In this document: piece by piece, positions 1-10,557 of the stretch
How the letters are laid out: the number at the start of each line of letters is the position of its first letter
Numbering within the stretch: the first letter of the stretch is position 1
Assembly (NCBI GenBank): GCA_024401295.1
Contig: JAKSLG010000009.1
Span: forward strand, 17,989 to 81,988
From: Bacteroidales bacterium
Lineage (GTDB): Bacteria > Bacteroidota > Bacteroidia > Bacteroidales > Marinilabiliaceae
Direction of reading: 5' to 3'
DNA: 64,000 nucleotides
Notes under the pieces: model-generated
What the model was told of the DNA's origin: nothing
Database searches by the model: none
Seen by the model: the letters and a program-made list of their open reading frames with translations, nothing else
Made by a program: the position numbers and the translations under genes

Positions 1-678
1 GCAGAACTGGGATATGCACCAGAGCAAATCCTGCCACATGACAGTTACCTCATAAACCTCGGCAACCCAACGGCAGAAGCTCGCCAGAAATCAGTTGATT
101 CGTTCATTCACGAGATGCAACGATGCCAGCAGCTGGGCCTGTCAATGCTCAACTTCCACCCAGGAAGCCATCTCAAAGCCATAAGCGAAAGCGAATGCAT
201 CAAATTGATCGCAGATGGCATCAATGAGGCACTTGCAGCGACACAAGGCGTATGCGCAGTCATCGAAAATACGGCCGGACAAGGTTCAAACCTCGGCTTC
301 AGCTTCTACCATCTTCGATCGATAATCGACCTCGTCGATGACAAAAGCCGCGTTGGAGTATGCATTGATACCTGCCACATGTTCGCCGCAGGCTATGACA
401 TCCGAACGCCGGAAACTTACGCTGCTACGATGAAGGAATTTGACGAGATTGTCGGATTCAACTATCTGCGCGGAATGCACCTCAATGATGCTAAAAAAGA
501 GTTGAAATCGAAGGTCGACCGCCACGAGTCTATCGGACTCGGAATGATCGGCGAGGATGCCTTCAGAATGATTATTGAAGACCCTAGAACGGACAATATT
601 CCGCTCATTTTAGAGACGCCAAACGAAGAAATCTGGGCCGATGAGATTGCACGTCTCAAGAGCTACATCAAGCAATAG
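1..678 (+). CDS. nfo: Endonuclease IV (AP endonuclease family 2), 5' end outside window
   Basis: Frame is open from nt 1 ([23 protein letters not shown]...). Motifs [31 protein letters not shown] and HLNDAK are typical of Nfo. Confidence 0.9.
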   Translation, partial: AELGYAPEQILPHDSYLINLGNPTAEARQKSVDSFIHEMQRCQQLGLSMLNFHPGSHLKAISESECIKLIADGINEALAATQGVCAVIENTAGQGSNLGFSFYHLRSIIDLVDDKSRVGVCIDTCHMFAAGYDIRTPETYAATMKEFDEIVGFNYLRGMHLNDAKKELKSKVDRHESIGLGMIGEDAFRMIIEDPRTDNIPLILETPNEEIWADEIARLKSYIKQ

Positions 679-681
679 AAG

Positions 682-1287
682 ATGAAACACATTGCGTTCA
701 TAGTGGTACTCATGCTCAGCTTTATGGCTGACGTTGTCGCACAAAACCGACAGCACTCTGTCATCATCACAGAGGGCATTATCGTCGATGGCGACACACT
801 GCCGCATGTGCGCATTTCAGAGGTCAGATGTATGGCTCGACGCGCCTTCAAGACAAGACGCGCTCAAGAGCGATACACCAAACTTGTCCGCAACGTCCGC
901 AAGGCACTACCCTATGCTCGCATGGCTGCAGTGCGACTGAAAGCCATCGAAGACACGCTCAACACATTCTCGCGGAGTAAAGAACGCGACGAATACATGA
1001 AAAAGGCTGAAAAGCAGCTGTTTGCAGAATTCGAGAAGCCGCTCAAGCACCTGACAGTTTCGCAAGGCCGCATTCTCATAAAACTCATCGACCGCGAAAC
1101 AGGCAACACGAGCTTCGAATTGATTAAATCACTTCGAGGACGCTTCTCTGCATTCCTGTGGCAAGGTGTCGCACGACTTTTCGGTTCGAACCTCAAAAGT
1201 GAATATGATGCAGAAGGCGATGACAAAGCCATCGAGCACATTGTTCATGCCATCGACTCTGGCGCATACGACGACATACCGCTATGA
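682..1287 (+). CDS. DUF4294-like secreted protein
   Basis: N-terminal hydrophobic signal (MKHIAFIVVLMLSFMADVVAQ). Block LTVSQGRILIKLIDRETGNTSFELIKSLRG recalls Bacteroidota DUF4294. Starts 3 nt after the nfo stop. Confidence 0.55.
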   Translation: MKHIAFIVVLMLSFMADVVAQNRQHSVIITEGIIVDGDTLPHVRISEVRCMARRAFKTRRAQERYTKLVRNVRKALPYARMAAVRLKAIEDTLNTFSRSKERDEYMKKAEKQLFAEFEKPLKHLTVSQGRILIKLIDRETGNTSFELIKSLRGRFSAFLWQGVARLFGSNLKSEYDAEGDDKAIEHIVHAIDSGAYDDIPL

Positions 1288-2453
1288 AAAGGACGAAGAA
1301 GACACACGCGTTGGGCATTGTTGCAGCATTGATACTCGTATTAATGCCAACAATTTCGCAAGCTCAAGAGGCAGAGAATGATTCTTTGCGCCACAACGCG
1401 CTCGACAAAGTCATCGATTTTGCAGAAACCGTTCTTGACGTCCTGACGATCGACCACAGTTCATGGTCACTCGCCATCTACCCCGCCGCTTCATATTCTG
1501 GCAGACAAGGCCTTGCACTTGGCATCATGCCGATGCTCCAACTGCGAAACCCGAACTTGCCCAGGCCGACAACAATAACGCCATCCGCATTGATCTCGAC
1601 CAAGGGCATGTGGGAATTGCAATGCGATGCCGACATATACCTGAAGAATGGACAAACAATTCTGGCCAAAGCCGAATTCTACAGACAGCCGGATGATTAT
1701 TTCGGCATCGAAAGCATCCACAATGGCGAAACAATCGCAAAATATAAATACCGACGATTTCTCTTCACGGCCGACTATCTCAAAAAAATCGGCACTACGG
1801 TACAAATCGGCATATCCACGGACTTCACATACCACAGTTTTACGTCCATAGAGAATTGCAGCGATACGATTGCTCAAGAGATTGGCCTTGCAGAAAAATG
1901 GACCAACGGTCTCGGCATTGTTGCCGGAATCGATACGAGAGACAATGTCCTGAATCCTCGCTGCGGATGGTATGCGAATATGAAAGTAATGTCTTACGGC
2001 GGCTTCATTGGCTCCCGGCATGATTTTATCCTTGCAACGATAGATGCCAGACGCTACATTGCGATAGGAAAACAAAGTGTTATGGCATTGCAAGCCTACG
2101 TCTCAACAGCAACAGGTCGCGAAACACCATTTCACAAGATGCCAGGCATCGGAGGAACACGCCTTGGCAGAGCTATTCCACACAACCTCAAGCATGTCGA
2201 CAGGAACGCATGGCTCATCCAAGCAGAATTCCGATTCCCCGTCTATTGGCGCATCGGAGCGACGACATGGGCTGGAGCAGGCAGCGTATCACACGACATC
2301 AATCGAGACCTCATCAACAACAGTTGTGGTATGTTCGGATGCGGACTTCGCTTCAAGGTTTTCCCCGAGCATGGCCTAAATCTACGCCTCGATGCCGGAC
2401 TGACCACAAACGGCGACCATGCCATCTACTTCAACATTCGCGAGGCATTCTAA
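1284..2453 (+). CDS. BamA/D15 surface-antigen-like outer-membrane beta-barrel protein
   Basis: Signal peptide ending AQA. Alternating beta-strand pattern, with C-terminal aromatic ending ...IYFNIREAF. ATGA start/stop overlap with the preceding ORF. Confidence 0.5.
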   Translation: MKRTKKTHALGIVAALILVLMPTISQAQEAENDSLRHNALDKVIDFAETVLDVLTIDHSSWSLAIYPAASYSGRQGLALGIMPMLQLRNPNLPRPTTITPSALISTKGMWELQCDADIYLKNGQTILAKAEFYRQPDDYFGIESIHNGETIAKYKYRRFLFTADYLKKIGTTVQIGISTDFTYHSFTSIENCSDTIAQEIGLAEKWTNGLGIVAGIDTRDNVLNPRCGWYANMKVMSYGGFIGSRHDFILATIDARRYIAIGKQSVMALQAYVSTATGRETPFHKMPGIGGTRLGRAIPHNLKHVDRNAWLIQAEFRFPVYWRIGATTWAGAGSVSHDINRDLINNSCGMFGCGLRFKVFPEHGLNLRLDAGLTTNGDHAIYFNIREAF

Positions 2454-2509
2454 AAACAAAAACGCAGACAGTCAAACCATCTGCGCATGTATCTTCTGCT
2501 AAATTTCTT

Positions 2510-2899
2510 TTATCTCAAATATTGTCTGAACGCATTAGGAATGTAGTTAATGCTATATTTACCGGCGCGTCCTGTCAGAATGATAACATCAAAACGGCAA
2601 TCCAAGCTCACCTTATTCATCGTAATATATGCAGATGCCGCAGCAATCAGATTTTTCATCTTGCTTTGTGTTATAACATCTGTGGTATGAACAGGTTCAA
2701 CACGCCTCGTTTTGACCTCAACAAAAACAATTTCATCTCCATCGCGAGCAATGATATCAACTTCTTTGTGCCACATTCGCCAATTGCGGTGTAGAATCGT
2801 CAATCCTTTATATGTCAAAAACTTAACAGCCACGTCTTCGCCATCCTGGCCTGTCTTCATCTTCTCCGTCGGAGACTTTCTGCTCAAATTCTGATCCAT
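2510..2899 (-). CDS. yraN: YraN-family (UPF0102) endonuclease-like protein
   Basis: GEDVAVKFLTYKGLTILHRNWR...EVDIIARDGDEIVFVEVKTRR matches the YraN signature. Size is 129 aa. Confidence 0.8.
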   Translation of the reverse strand: MDQNLSRKSPTEKMKTGQDGEDVAVKFLTYKGLTILHRNWRMWHKEVDIIARDGDEIVFVEVKTRRVEPVHTTDVITQSKMKNLIAAASAYITMNKVSLDCRFDVIILTGRAGKYSINYIPNAFRQYLR

Positions 2900-2901
2900 G
2901 A

Positions 2902-3963
2902 CTAACGTTTTGTTACTCTGAAGAATTTTCGCACAAAACGAACCTTTGACAACATCTTTCTGAATTTGCTTCGTCTGTTGTCAATATATATCTCCAACAA
3001 ACGTGGCGACTCGCCAATAGGCACGACATCGTAATCCGCAACCGAAGCCGGAATCAGACAACTATTGCCCGACTTCAAAACGACCGAATAATTCGTATCG
3101 CGAAGAACGATTTTGCATTCTCCGTTTATACACGTATAGATGATAAATGTGTCATACTTATACATACGACGATGAAAACTGCGATTAACCTGCAGCATCT
3201 TCACCTTAAAGAACGGACTATCGATGACACGCTCCGGATGATTAATGCTCGAGCGATAATGCGTGAGATAATCATCTTCAACGGAGAAATCAATCGCATC
3301 TACAGCGAGCTCCGTATGCAATTCACGCGGTTTGCCGTCAAGCCCCAAGCGATTATAGTCGTATATGCGATAAGTAACATCGCTACTCTGCTGCACTTCC
3401 GCCAGCAAAATTCCTTTACCTATAGCATGAATACGTCCTGCAGGAATGTAAAAGACATCGCCAGATTGAACCTCATGACGCGCCAAGACGTCACATATTG
3501 TCCCATCGGCAACACGTCGAGCATATTCTTCTTTGCCTATCGAATCCTTAAAACCTGCATAGAGATACGAACCAGGCTGAGCATCAATCACATACCACAT
3601 CTCGGTCTTACCGAACTTGCCATGGCGTTCTTTCGCCAAAGCATCATTTGGATGCACTTGAATGCTCAAATCGTTATTAGTATCGATCAACTTGACAAGC
3701 AGAGGAAACTTCCCTTCATATTGCTTCGATATAGCTTCGCCAAGTATCTCTTTTCCAAACTCACCGACAATGGAAATCAAATCGCGACCAGCCAAGCTGC
3801 CGTTTGACACGACACTTGTACTCGATTCTACAGCACTGACTTCCCAACTCTCACCGATCGGCTCCTCATTCGCAGACAAACCCTTCATTGGTCTGAGACG
3901 ATTGCCGCCCCAAACAACGCGATGAAGATTTGGCTCAAAGAGCAACGGATAGAGCTGTTGCAT
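2902..3963 (-). CDS. manA: Mannose-6-phosphate isomerase, class I
   Basis: ESWEVS, LSIQVHPND, GKTEMWYV and IPAGRIHAIG blocks of type I PMI. Basic C-terminal tail. Confidence 0.8.
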   Translation of the reverse strand: MQQLYPLLFEPNLHRVVWGGNRLRPMKGLSANEEPIGESWEVSAVESSTSVVSNGSLAGRDLISIVGEFGKEILGEAISKQYEGKFPLLVKLIDTNNDLSIQVHPNDALAKERHGKFGKTEMWYVIDAQPGSYLYAGFKDSIGKEEYARRVADGTICDVLARHEVQSGDVFYIPAGRIHAIGKGILLAEVQQSSDVTYRIYDYNRLGLDGKPRELHTELAVDAIDFSVEDDYLTHYRSSINHPERVIDSPFFKVKMLQVNRSFHRRMYKYDTFIIYTCINGECKIVLRDTNYSVVLKSGNSCLIPASVADYDVVPIGESPRLLEIYIDNRRSKFRKMLSKVRFVRKFFRVTKR

Positions 3964-3965
3964 AC

Positions 3966-5099
3966 TTATCGGTTGGAATACATTGACTCGTAATATTTCT
4001 CGTATTCACCACTTGTAATGTTGTCCATCCACTCCTGGTTGTCGAGATACCACTGAACTGTCTTTTCAATGCCCTCTTCAAACTGCAAAGATGGTTCCCA
4101 ACCCAACTCTGCCTTGAGTTTGCGTGAGTCGATAGCATAGCGAGCATCATGGCCAAGACGGTCTGTCACATATGTGATAAGATCCATATCTTCACCTTCT
4201 TTGCGACCGAGAAGACGGTCAACAGTCTTGATTACGACTTTGATAATATCAATATTTTTCCATTCATTGAAACCACCAATATTATATGTCTCAGCGATTT
4301 TTCCATTGTGGAAAATCGTATCGATAGCACGCGCATGATCAACGACATACAACCAGTCGCGAACATTCTCACCCTTACCATAAACAGGGAGAGGCTTACG
4401 ATGACGAATATTGTTTATGAAGAGCGGAATCAACTTCTCAGGGAATTGGTATGGGCCATAATTATTCGAGCAGTTTGTCACGATTGTTGGCATTCCATAC
4501 GTATCATGAAAAGCACGTACAAAATGATCGCTCGACGCCTTTGAAGCAGAATATGGCGAATGAGGATTATACTTTGTCGTCTCAAGGAAAAAGTCCTTGC
4601 CATAGGCATGATGATGCTCGGCAGAAGAAGCCGTTGTCGTAAAAGGCGACTCAATACCCTCTGGATTTGTCAATTCAAGTGCGCCATAGACCTCATCGGT
4701 TGAAATATGATAGAAACGCTTGCCTTCATATTTTTCCGGAAGACTCTCCCAATAGAGTTTCGCAGCCTGAAGGAGCGACAATGTTCCCATCACATTGGTA
4801 CGGGCAAATGTAAACGGGTCCTTGATTGAACGATCGACATGGCTCTCTGCTGCGAGATGTATTATGCCATCTATATGCTCATCCTGCATCAATTTGTAGA
4901 ATGCATCGAAATCGCATATATCCATCTTGACAAACTTATAATTCGGCTTTTCTTCGATATCCTTGAGATTCGCAAGATTGCCTGCATACGTCAGCTTATC
5001 GAGATTTATAATATTGTATTCTGGATATTTATTTACGAAAAGGCGAACGACATGACTTCCAATAAAGCCAGCACCACCTGTTATAACAATATTCTTCAT
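3966..5099 (-). CDS. rfbB: dTDP-glucose 4,6-dehydratase
   Basis: N-terminal GGAGFIGS Rossmann motif. STDEVYG, YSASKASSD (YxxxK) and NCSNNYGPYQFPEKLIP blocks. Confidence 0.95.
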   Translation of the reverse strand: MKNIVITGGAGFIGSHVVRLFVNKYPEYNIINLDKLTYAGNLANLKDIEEKPNYKFVKMDICDFDAFYKLMQDEHIDGIIHLAAESHVDRSIKDPFTFARTNVMGTLSLLQAAKLYWESLPEKYEGKRFYHISTDEVYGALELTNPEGIESPFTTTASSAEHHHAYGKDFFLETTKYNPHSPYSASKASSDHFVRAFHDTYGMPTIVTNCSNNYGPYQFPEKLIPLFINNIRHRKPLPVYGKGENVRDWLYVVDHARAIDTIFHNGKIAETYNIGGFNEWKNIDIIKVVIKTVDRLLGRKEGEDMDLITYVTDRLGHDARYAIDSRKLKAELGWEPSLQFEEGIEKTVQWYLDNQEWMDNITSGEYEKYYESMYSNR

Positions 5100-5110
5100 A
5101 AGGCAATAAT

Positions 5111-5980
5111 TCAGTTATTATTGTTCATTCTTGAAAGACAAACCTTCAACGAGTCAGTCCAATATGGAACTTTTATGCCAAAAGTCGTCTTGATCTTTGT
5201 CTTATCGAGTACAGAATATGACGGACGCTTCACCTTTGATGGGAATTCATCTGAGTGACATGGCTGCACATCACACTGTGTCTGACCGCTCATTTCTGCT
5301 ATCATCTTCGTAAAATCGAACCAAGAGCATACACCTTCATTCGAATAGTGATATACGCCATCGTTATTCACATATTTACGATTCTCAACAATATCATATA
5401 TTGTTTCTGCAAGATCGTATGCATACGTAGGCGTGCCGACCTGATCAAACACCACTTTCAACTGAGGCTTAGTCGCAGTAAGACTCAACATTGTCTTAAC
5501 AAAGTTCTTGCCAAATTCGCTGTAAAGCCACGCAGTGCGAATGATAATATGATGGCAGCCCGTTGCAATGATATTCTGTTCGCCATGAAGTTTCGTCAAA
5601 CCATAAACGCCTGTTGGCGTTCCTTTTTGCTCCTCCTTGCAAGGCGTGTTGTATGGGTCACCGCCAAAAACATAATCGGTAGAGACATGAACGAGCAAAC
5701 CGTCAACTTCTTTCATGGCGATTGCCAGATTCTCAACAGCCTTGGCATTCAGCAATTCACAAAAATCCTTGTCATCCTCGGCTTTATCCACATTCGTGTA
5801 TGCCGCACAATTAACAATAACCTTGACGTTTCGTTCTTTCACCATCGCCTTAACTGCGGCAATATCAGTGATATCCAATTCGGCAACATCTGTGAATATA
5901 TAGTTATCCTTCGATGATTTCGACACGATTTGCATCTCATTGCCAAGTTGTCCGTTGGCACCGGTAACAAGAATATTCAT
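5111..5980 (-). CDS. rfbD: dTDP-4-dehydrorhamnose reductase
   Basis: ILVTGANGQLG, VSTDYVFGG, YGLTKLHGE and RPSYSVLD blocks typical of RfbD. Position inside the rfb cluster. Confidence 0.9.
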   Translation of the reverse strand: MNILVTGANGQLGNEMQIVSKSSKDNYIFTDVAELDITDIAAVKAMVKERNVKVIVNCAAYTNVDKAEDDKDFCELLNAKAVENLAIAMKEVDGLLVHVSTDYVFGGDPYNTPCKEEQKGTPTGVYGLTKLHGEQNIIATGCHHIIIRTAWLYSEFGKNFVKTMLSLTATKPQLKVVFDQVGTPTYAYDLAETIYDIVENRKYVNNDGVYHYSNEGVCSWFDFTKMIAEMSGQTQCDVQPCHSDEFPSKVKRPSYSVLDKTKIKTTFGIKVPYWTDSLKVCLSRMNNNN

Positions 5981-5983
5981 GAA

Positions 5984-6553
5984 CTAATAAAGCTTATCGT
6001 TAATGTCAAAATCCAGAATTGCATCCTTGAGACAAGCATGCTTCAAATCTTTTTCGGAAAGGATCGCTTCTGCGACAGGAATTCGCCAGTCTATTCCTAA
6101 CGATTCATCCTTTATGCTGATTCCTGCATCAGCTTCCGGATGATAGAAATTATCACATTTATACTGAAAAACAGCCGTTTCACTGAGCACTGCGAAACCA
6201 TGCGCAAAACCACGTGGGACAAAAAACTGTCTGTGGTTTTCCTCAGTCAACTCAACTGCAACATGCTGGCCGAATGTCGGACTTCCCTTGCGAATATCAA
6301 CAGCCACATCGAGAACTGCACCTTTGACACATCGTACAAGTTTGCTCTGCGTATATGGCATCTTCTGATAGTGCAAGCCACGCATCACTCCATATGACGA
6401 CATGCTCTCGTTGTCCTGAACGAAGTTGATCGGACGTACCTTCTCGTCAAATTCTCTCTGCGAGAAACTCTCAAAAAAATAGCCTCTCGCATCCTTAAAG
6501 ATTCGTGGTTCAATGATAACCACGCCATCCAATGCCGTTTTTATAACTTCCAT
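5984..6553 (-). CDS. rfbC: dTDP-4-dehydrorhamnose 3,5-epimerase
   Basis: DARGYFFESF, RGLHYQ, KLVRCVKGAVLDVAVDIR and PRGFAHGF motifs of RmlC. Confidence 0.95.
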   Translation of the reverse strand: MEVIKTALDGVVIIEPRIFKDARGYFFESFSQREFDEKVRPINFVQDNESMSSYGVMRGLHYQKMPYTQSKLVRCVKGAVLDVAVDIRKGSPTFGQHVAVELTEENHRQFFVPRGFAHGFAVLSETAVFQYKCDNFYHPEADAGISIKDESLGIDWRIPVAEAILSEKDLKHACLKDAILDFDINDKLY

Positions 6554-6559
6554 CCTGAA

Positions 6560-7447
6560 TTACTTCTTATCGTACTCATCAGCCAGTTTCATGAGATACT
6601 GACCATATTGGTTTTTTATCATAGGCTTTGCCAATTCACGCAAACGATCGGTTGTTATCCAACCCTTACGAAGCGCAATACCCTCAAGGCATGCGATTTT
6701 CAAGCCCGTACGTTTTTCCAACACCTCGATATATGTCGATGCTTCAGAAAGCGAATCATGAGTACCCGTATCGAGCCAAGCGAAGCCACGACCAAGCGTC
6801 TGTACCTTCAACTCTCCATCGCTCAGGAACTGCTGATTGACAGTTGTTATTTCATATTCGCCACGTGCCGATGGCTTTATATTCTTAGCGACATCGACAA
6901 CTTTATTCGGATAGAAATAGAGTCCGACAACAGCATAATTTGATTTCGGATTTTGCGGTTTCTCTTCAATCGAAAGGCAATTGCCTTCTTTATCAAATTC
7001 CGCAACACCATAGCGCTCAGGATCATTAACCCAATAGCCGAATACTACAGCCTTCTTCTCTTCCTCAACAATACGCACCGATTCCTTAAGCATTGCGCTA
7101 AATCCTGCACCATGGAAGATATTATCGCCAAGAACCAGACACGCGCTATCATCGCCAATAAAATCAGCACCAATCGTAAAGGCCTGTGCCAAACCATCTG
7201 GCGATGGTTGCTCTGCATATTCAAAACGAACGCCATAATCCGATCCGTCGCCAAGCAGACGCTTGAAACCCGGCAAATCATACGGTGTCGAAATAATCAA
7301 GATTTCACGAATACCAGCAAGCATGAGCACTGATATCGGATAATAAACCATTGGCTTATCATAAATAGGCATAAGCTGCTTGCTAATGCCCTTTGTGATA
7401 GGATACAATCGAGTTCCGCTACCACCTGCCAATACAATACCTTTCAT
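6560..7447 (-). CDS. rfbA: Glucose-1-phosphate thymidylyltransferase
   Basis: [39 protein letters not shown] and GFAWLDTGT motifs of RmlA. Confidence 0.95.
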   Translation of the reverse strand: MKGIVLAGGSGTRLYPITKGISKQLMPIYDKPMVYYPISVLMLAGIREILIISTPYDLPGFKRLLGDGSDYGVRFEYAEQPSPDGLAQAFTIGADFIGDDSACLVLGDNIFHGAGFSAMLKESVRIVEEEKKAVVFGYWVNDPERYGVAEFDKEGNCLSIEEKPQNPKSNYAVVGLYFYPNKVVDVAKNIKPSARGEYEITTVNQQFLSDGELKVQTLGRGFAWLDTGTHDSLSEASTYIEVLEKRTGLKIACLEGIALRKGWITTDRLRELAKPMIKNQYGQYLMKLADEYDKK

Positions 7448-7459
7448 GTTAAATCGTTT

Positions 7460-8710
7460 TTAGTCGCGACGGAAAATATCACGTGTATAAACCTTATCCT
7501 GAACATCGTCAAGAACTGAATCATAGCGATTTGCAATGATTGCCTGGCTTTGTTTCTTAAACTCATCAATGTTGTTAACCACCAGACTTCCAAAGAATGT
7601 CTCGCCGTCTTTCAACGTTGGCTCATAGATTATCACCTTTGCACCCTTCGCCTTTATACGCTTCATGACGCCCTGAATAGAACTCTGACGGAAATTATCC
7701 GAATTCGATTTCATCGTAAGGCGATACACTCCGACGACACACTCCTTTTCTTCAGATGGCTTATAGTCCCCTCTATTGTAATAGTCATAATAGCCAGCCA
7801 TATTGAGGACTCTATCTGCGATGAAATCCTTACGAGTTCGATTAGATTCAACAATTGCTTCTATCAGATTTTCAGGAACATCGGCATAGTTTGCAAGCAA
7901 CTGTTTTGTATCCTTCGGCAAGCAATAACCGCCATAACCGAACGATGGATTATTGTAATGATCACCGATACGAGGATCAAGGCTTACTCCACGAATTATT
8001 TGCTGAGTATCAAGACCTTTCATCTCTGCATAAGTATCAAGCTCATTAAAATATGACACTCTGAGAGCGAGATATGTATTTGCAAAGAGCTTAACCGCCT
8101 CAGCCTCTGTGAAGCCCATGAAAAGCGTATCAACATCTTTCTTTATCGCACCTTCCTGCAACAAAGCAGCAAACGCTTGTGCAGCTTCAAGAAGACGCTT
8201 GTCATTCATGTCTGTTCCTACGATTATTCGGCTTGGATAAAGATTGTCATACAATGCCTTGCTTTCACGTAAAAACTCTGGTGAAAAAATGATATTTGAA
8301 CTTCCAGTCTTTTCACGAATGCTCTGTGTATATCCAACTGGGATCGTTGACTTTATCACCATTATTGCATTCGGATTGTACTGCATAACGAGTTTAATAA
8401 CTGCCTCAACTGCAGACGTATCAAAGAAATTCTTTTGCGAATCATAGTTTGTAGGAGCAGCAATAACGACAAAGTCTGCATCAGAATATGCGGATTTCGC
8501 ATCAAGTGTAGCACGCAAGTTCAGTGGCTTTGTTGCCAGATACTCTTCGATTTCCTTGTCGACAATTGGCGACTTCTTGTTGTTGATCATATCGACCTTT
8601 TCTGGAACGATATCAACAGCAACAACTTCGTGATGCTGTGCCAAAAGCGTTGCAATTGACAAACCTACATAGCCTGTTCCGGCTACTGCTATTTTCGTTT
8701 CACTTCCCAT
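7460..8710 (-). CDS. ugd: UDP-glucose 6-dehydrogenase
   Basis: [14 protein letters not shown]-binding motif and [12 protein letters not shown] catalytic Cys block. The longest ORF starts at a TTG (8719), and the first ATG is at 8710, 32 nt from the predicted TSS. Confidence 0.85.
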   Translation of the reverse strand: MGSETKIAVAGTGYVGLSIATLLAQHHEVVAVDIVPEKVDMINNKKSPIVDKEIEEYLATKPLNLRATLDAKSAYSDADFVVIAAPTNYDSQKNFFDTSAVEAVIKLVMQYNPNAIMVIKSTIPVGYTQSIREKTGSSNIIFSPEFLRESKALYDNLYPSRIIVGTDMNDKRLLEAAQAFAALLQEGAIKKDVDTLFMGFTEAEAVKLFANTYLALRVSYFNELDTYAEMKGLDTQQIIRGVSLDPRIGDHYNNPSFGYGGYCLPKDTKQLLANYADVPENLIEAIVESNRTRKDFIADRVLNMAGYYDYYNRGDYKPSEEKECVVGVYRLTMKSNSDNFRQSSIQGVMKRIKAKGAKVIIYEPTLKDGETFFGSLVVNNIDEFKKQSQAIIANRYDSVLDDVQDKVYTRDIFRRD

Positions 8711-8748
8711 TTTTTGCAAAAAAAGAATCCTAACAAATTGTTATCTTG

Positions 8749-8756
8749 CAAAAATA
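8749..8756 (-). promoter_or_regulatory. Bacteroidota -7 promoter motif (TAttTTTG) upstream of ugd/rfb block
   Basis: The + strand reads CAAAAATA, so the minus strand reads TATTTTTG, matching the TAnnTTTG consensus. It lies about 40 nt upstream of the ugd ATG. Confidence 0.4.
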
Positions 8757-8824
8757 AGAATTTTAAATGCATAAAACACGAGAAATCCGGTTTTATAACA
8801 TCATTTCACAGCAAAAAGATGAAA

Positions 8825-10063
8825 TCAATTGAATCGAATTGCTTTCGCAGGCAAAATTCTCGCCACGACATAGGATGGACCCACGAGAAGAAGCGTTGTC
8901 AAAATCAGCGTTCCCAGATTCATAAGGAGCAAGACCGAAGGCGACAAAAGTATCGGAACTGTGTCAAGATAATAGTTTTCCGGATCGAGTGACACGAGGC
9001 CTGTCTGTTGTTGTATGACGCAAAGAGCGATACCTATAATGTTGCCAATAATCATTCCTCGTCCGATGATGTACATCGCCATGTAAACAAACACTCGTCG
9101 GATGCTTTGAGTCCTGCTTCCCATTGCTTTCAGAAGTCCTATCGTGTTGGTATTTTCCAAAATCAAAATCAGCAATCCGGATATCATGTTGAGTCCTGCC
9201 ACGGCAATAATCAGCGTAAGAATAACGATGATATTCGTATCGAGAAGATTGAGCCATCCAAAAATCTGAGGCTGCAACTCTCGAATGGACTGCACACGAA
9301 GAAACGTATCATTAGGACCCACATATTGAGATGTTTTCATCGCAATTTCAGACGCTGCAGCATCCATTTTGTCAAAATCGGACAACATCACTTCATAGCC
9401 AGATATTTGTCCTTCATCCCAGCCGTTCAGTTTAGACAAATGGCGCATATCTACAAAAGCCATTTTCTCGTCGAACTCCGGAAAATGCGAATTAAAAACT
9501 CCTTGAAGTGTGAAACGTCGGGCGCGAATGTTGTTGTTTTGTATAAAATACATTCTGACGGCATCGCCAAGAGACAAATCGAGCAACGATGTCAGCGTTC
9601 TCGACAAAACGATTCCAGATGATATGCTGTCGGAATAATCCAAAGCACTACCCTCTTCCATTACAGAATTGAGAAAATCCCACTCGAATTTGTCATCGAC
9701 ACCTTTTAAAGCAACACCTTGAATCGCATCATTTGTCTTGATTATACCCGGCTTCACTATGAATGGCTGCATTCGCCTAACACCGTCGATAGCAACGACT
9801 TCACGAATGAGAGTCGTATCCATCGGTATCGGATTGGTCTCATAGCTCTTATTGTAGTCATAGCTAACTATCTGAACATGAGTACCGAATCCAACAATTT
9901 TGTCACGGACTTCTTTTTTAAATCCGAGGCCGACAGAGAGCGATATAATCATCACAGCCACACCCAAAGCGACAGCAGCCGTGGCAACCTTCACGACCGG
10001 TCCCGACAATCGGCCTCTCTTTTGTTTGAGAAGACGTCGCGCTATGAATAGACTGTAATTCAT
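8825..10063 (-). CDS. FtsX/LolE-like ABC transporter permease
   Basis: N-terminal FIARRLLKQKRG..., then a TM segment, a large extracytoplasmic domain and three C-terminal TM helices (FtsX architecture). No ATPase gene is adjacent. Confidence 0.75.
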   Translation of the reverse strand: MNYSLFIARRLLKQKRGRLSGPVVKVATAAVALGVAVMIISLSVGLGFKKEVRDKIVGFGTHVQIVSYDYNKSYETNPIPMDTTLIREVVAIDGVRRMQPFIVKPGIIKTNDAIQGVALKGVDDKFEWDFLNSVMEEGSALDYSDSISSGIVLSRTLTSLLDLSLGDAVRMYFIQNNNIRARRFTLQGVFNSHFPEFDEKMAFVDMRHLSKLNGWDEGQISGYEVMLSDFDKMDAAASEIAMKTSQYVGPNDTFLRVQSIRELQPQIFGWLNLLDTNIIVILTLIIAVAGLNMISGLLILILENTNTIGLLKAMGSRTQSIRRVFVYMAMYIIGRGMIIGNIIGIALCVIQQQTGLVSLDPENYYLDTVPILLSPSVLLLMNLGTLILTTLLLVGPSYVVARILPAKAIRFN

Positions 10064-10533
10064 TTGCTACTATCCGTTTCAGATATGATATCTTCCAAAA
10101 TGTTGACAGCACTCTGCACCATACGCGGACAAAATTCCGTGAAAAGATTGTTATCGCGTGCGTATTGCAGGCCTTCCGGTGTCGATATATCACAATGGAG
10201 AAGATCTTTGCAAAGATATGATCCATTGGATTGTGCGAATCTGTCCATCATCATATCGTTGACCATATTTGCCTTCTTGCGGCTTACAAGATCATCTGCC
10301 TCGGATTGTCCATAAAGAAGTCCAAGAACAACCAAAGCTCCCGTACACGCACCGCACACCTCAGCCTTTCTCATGCCACTACCGAGGCAACCGCCCATCT
10401 TGAGAGCCTGCTGTTCTGTTACGCCACACTCATCTGCAAATGCAGCTATAACAGCCTGTGAACAATGGAAATTCGACGAGAAAAGATTCCGAGCTCTATC
10501 GGAATGACTTGTATGATTTTTCTGTAAACTCAT
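10060..10533 (-). CDS. C_GCAxxG_C_C family redox-like protein
   Basis: CSQAVIAAF, GGCLGSGM...VCGACTGALVVLG, and later conserved Cys residues (CKDLLHC, FCPRM). 4-nt overlap with the downstream permease. Confidence 0.65.
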   Translation of the reverse strand: MSLQKNHTSHSDRARNLFSSNFHCSQAVIAAFADECGVTEQQALKMGGCLGSGMRKAEVCGACTGALVVLGLLYGQSEADDLVSRKKANMVNDMMMDRFAQSNGSYLCKDLLHCDISTPEGLQYARDNNLFTEFCPRMVQSAVNILEDIISETDSSK

Positions 10534-10557
10534 AAGGTGCTTGGCGTAAGTTGCACA

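Noticed and set aside
2463-2485. A hairpin (CGCAGA…TCTGCG) between the convergent BamA-like and yraN genes.
   Set aside because: It has only a 6-bp stem with an 11-nt loop and no flanking T-run on either strand, which is too weak to call a terminator.
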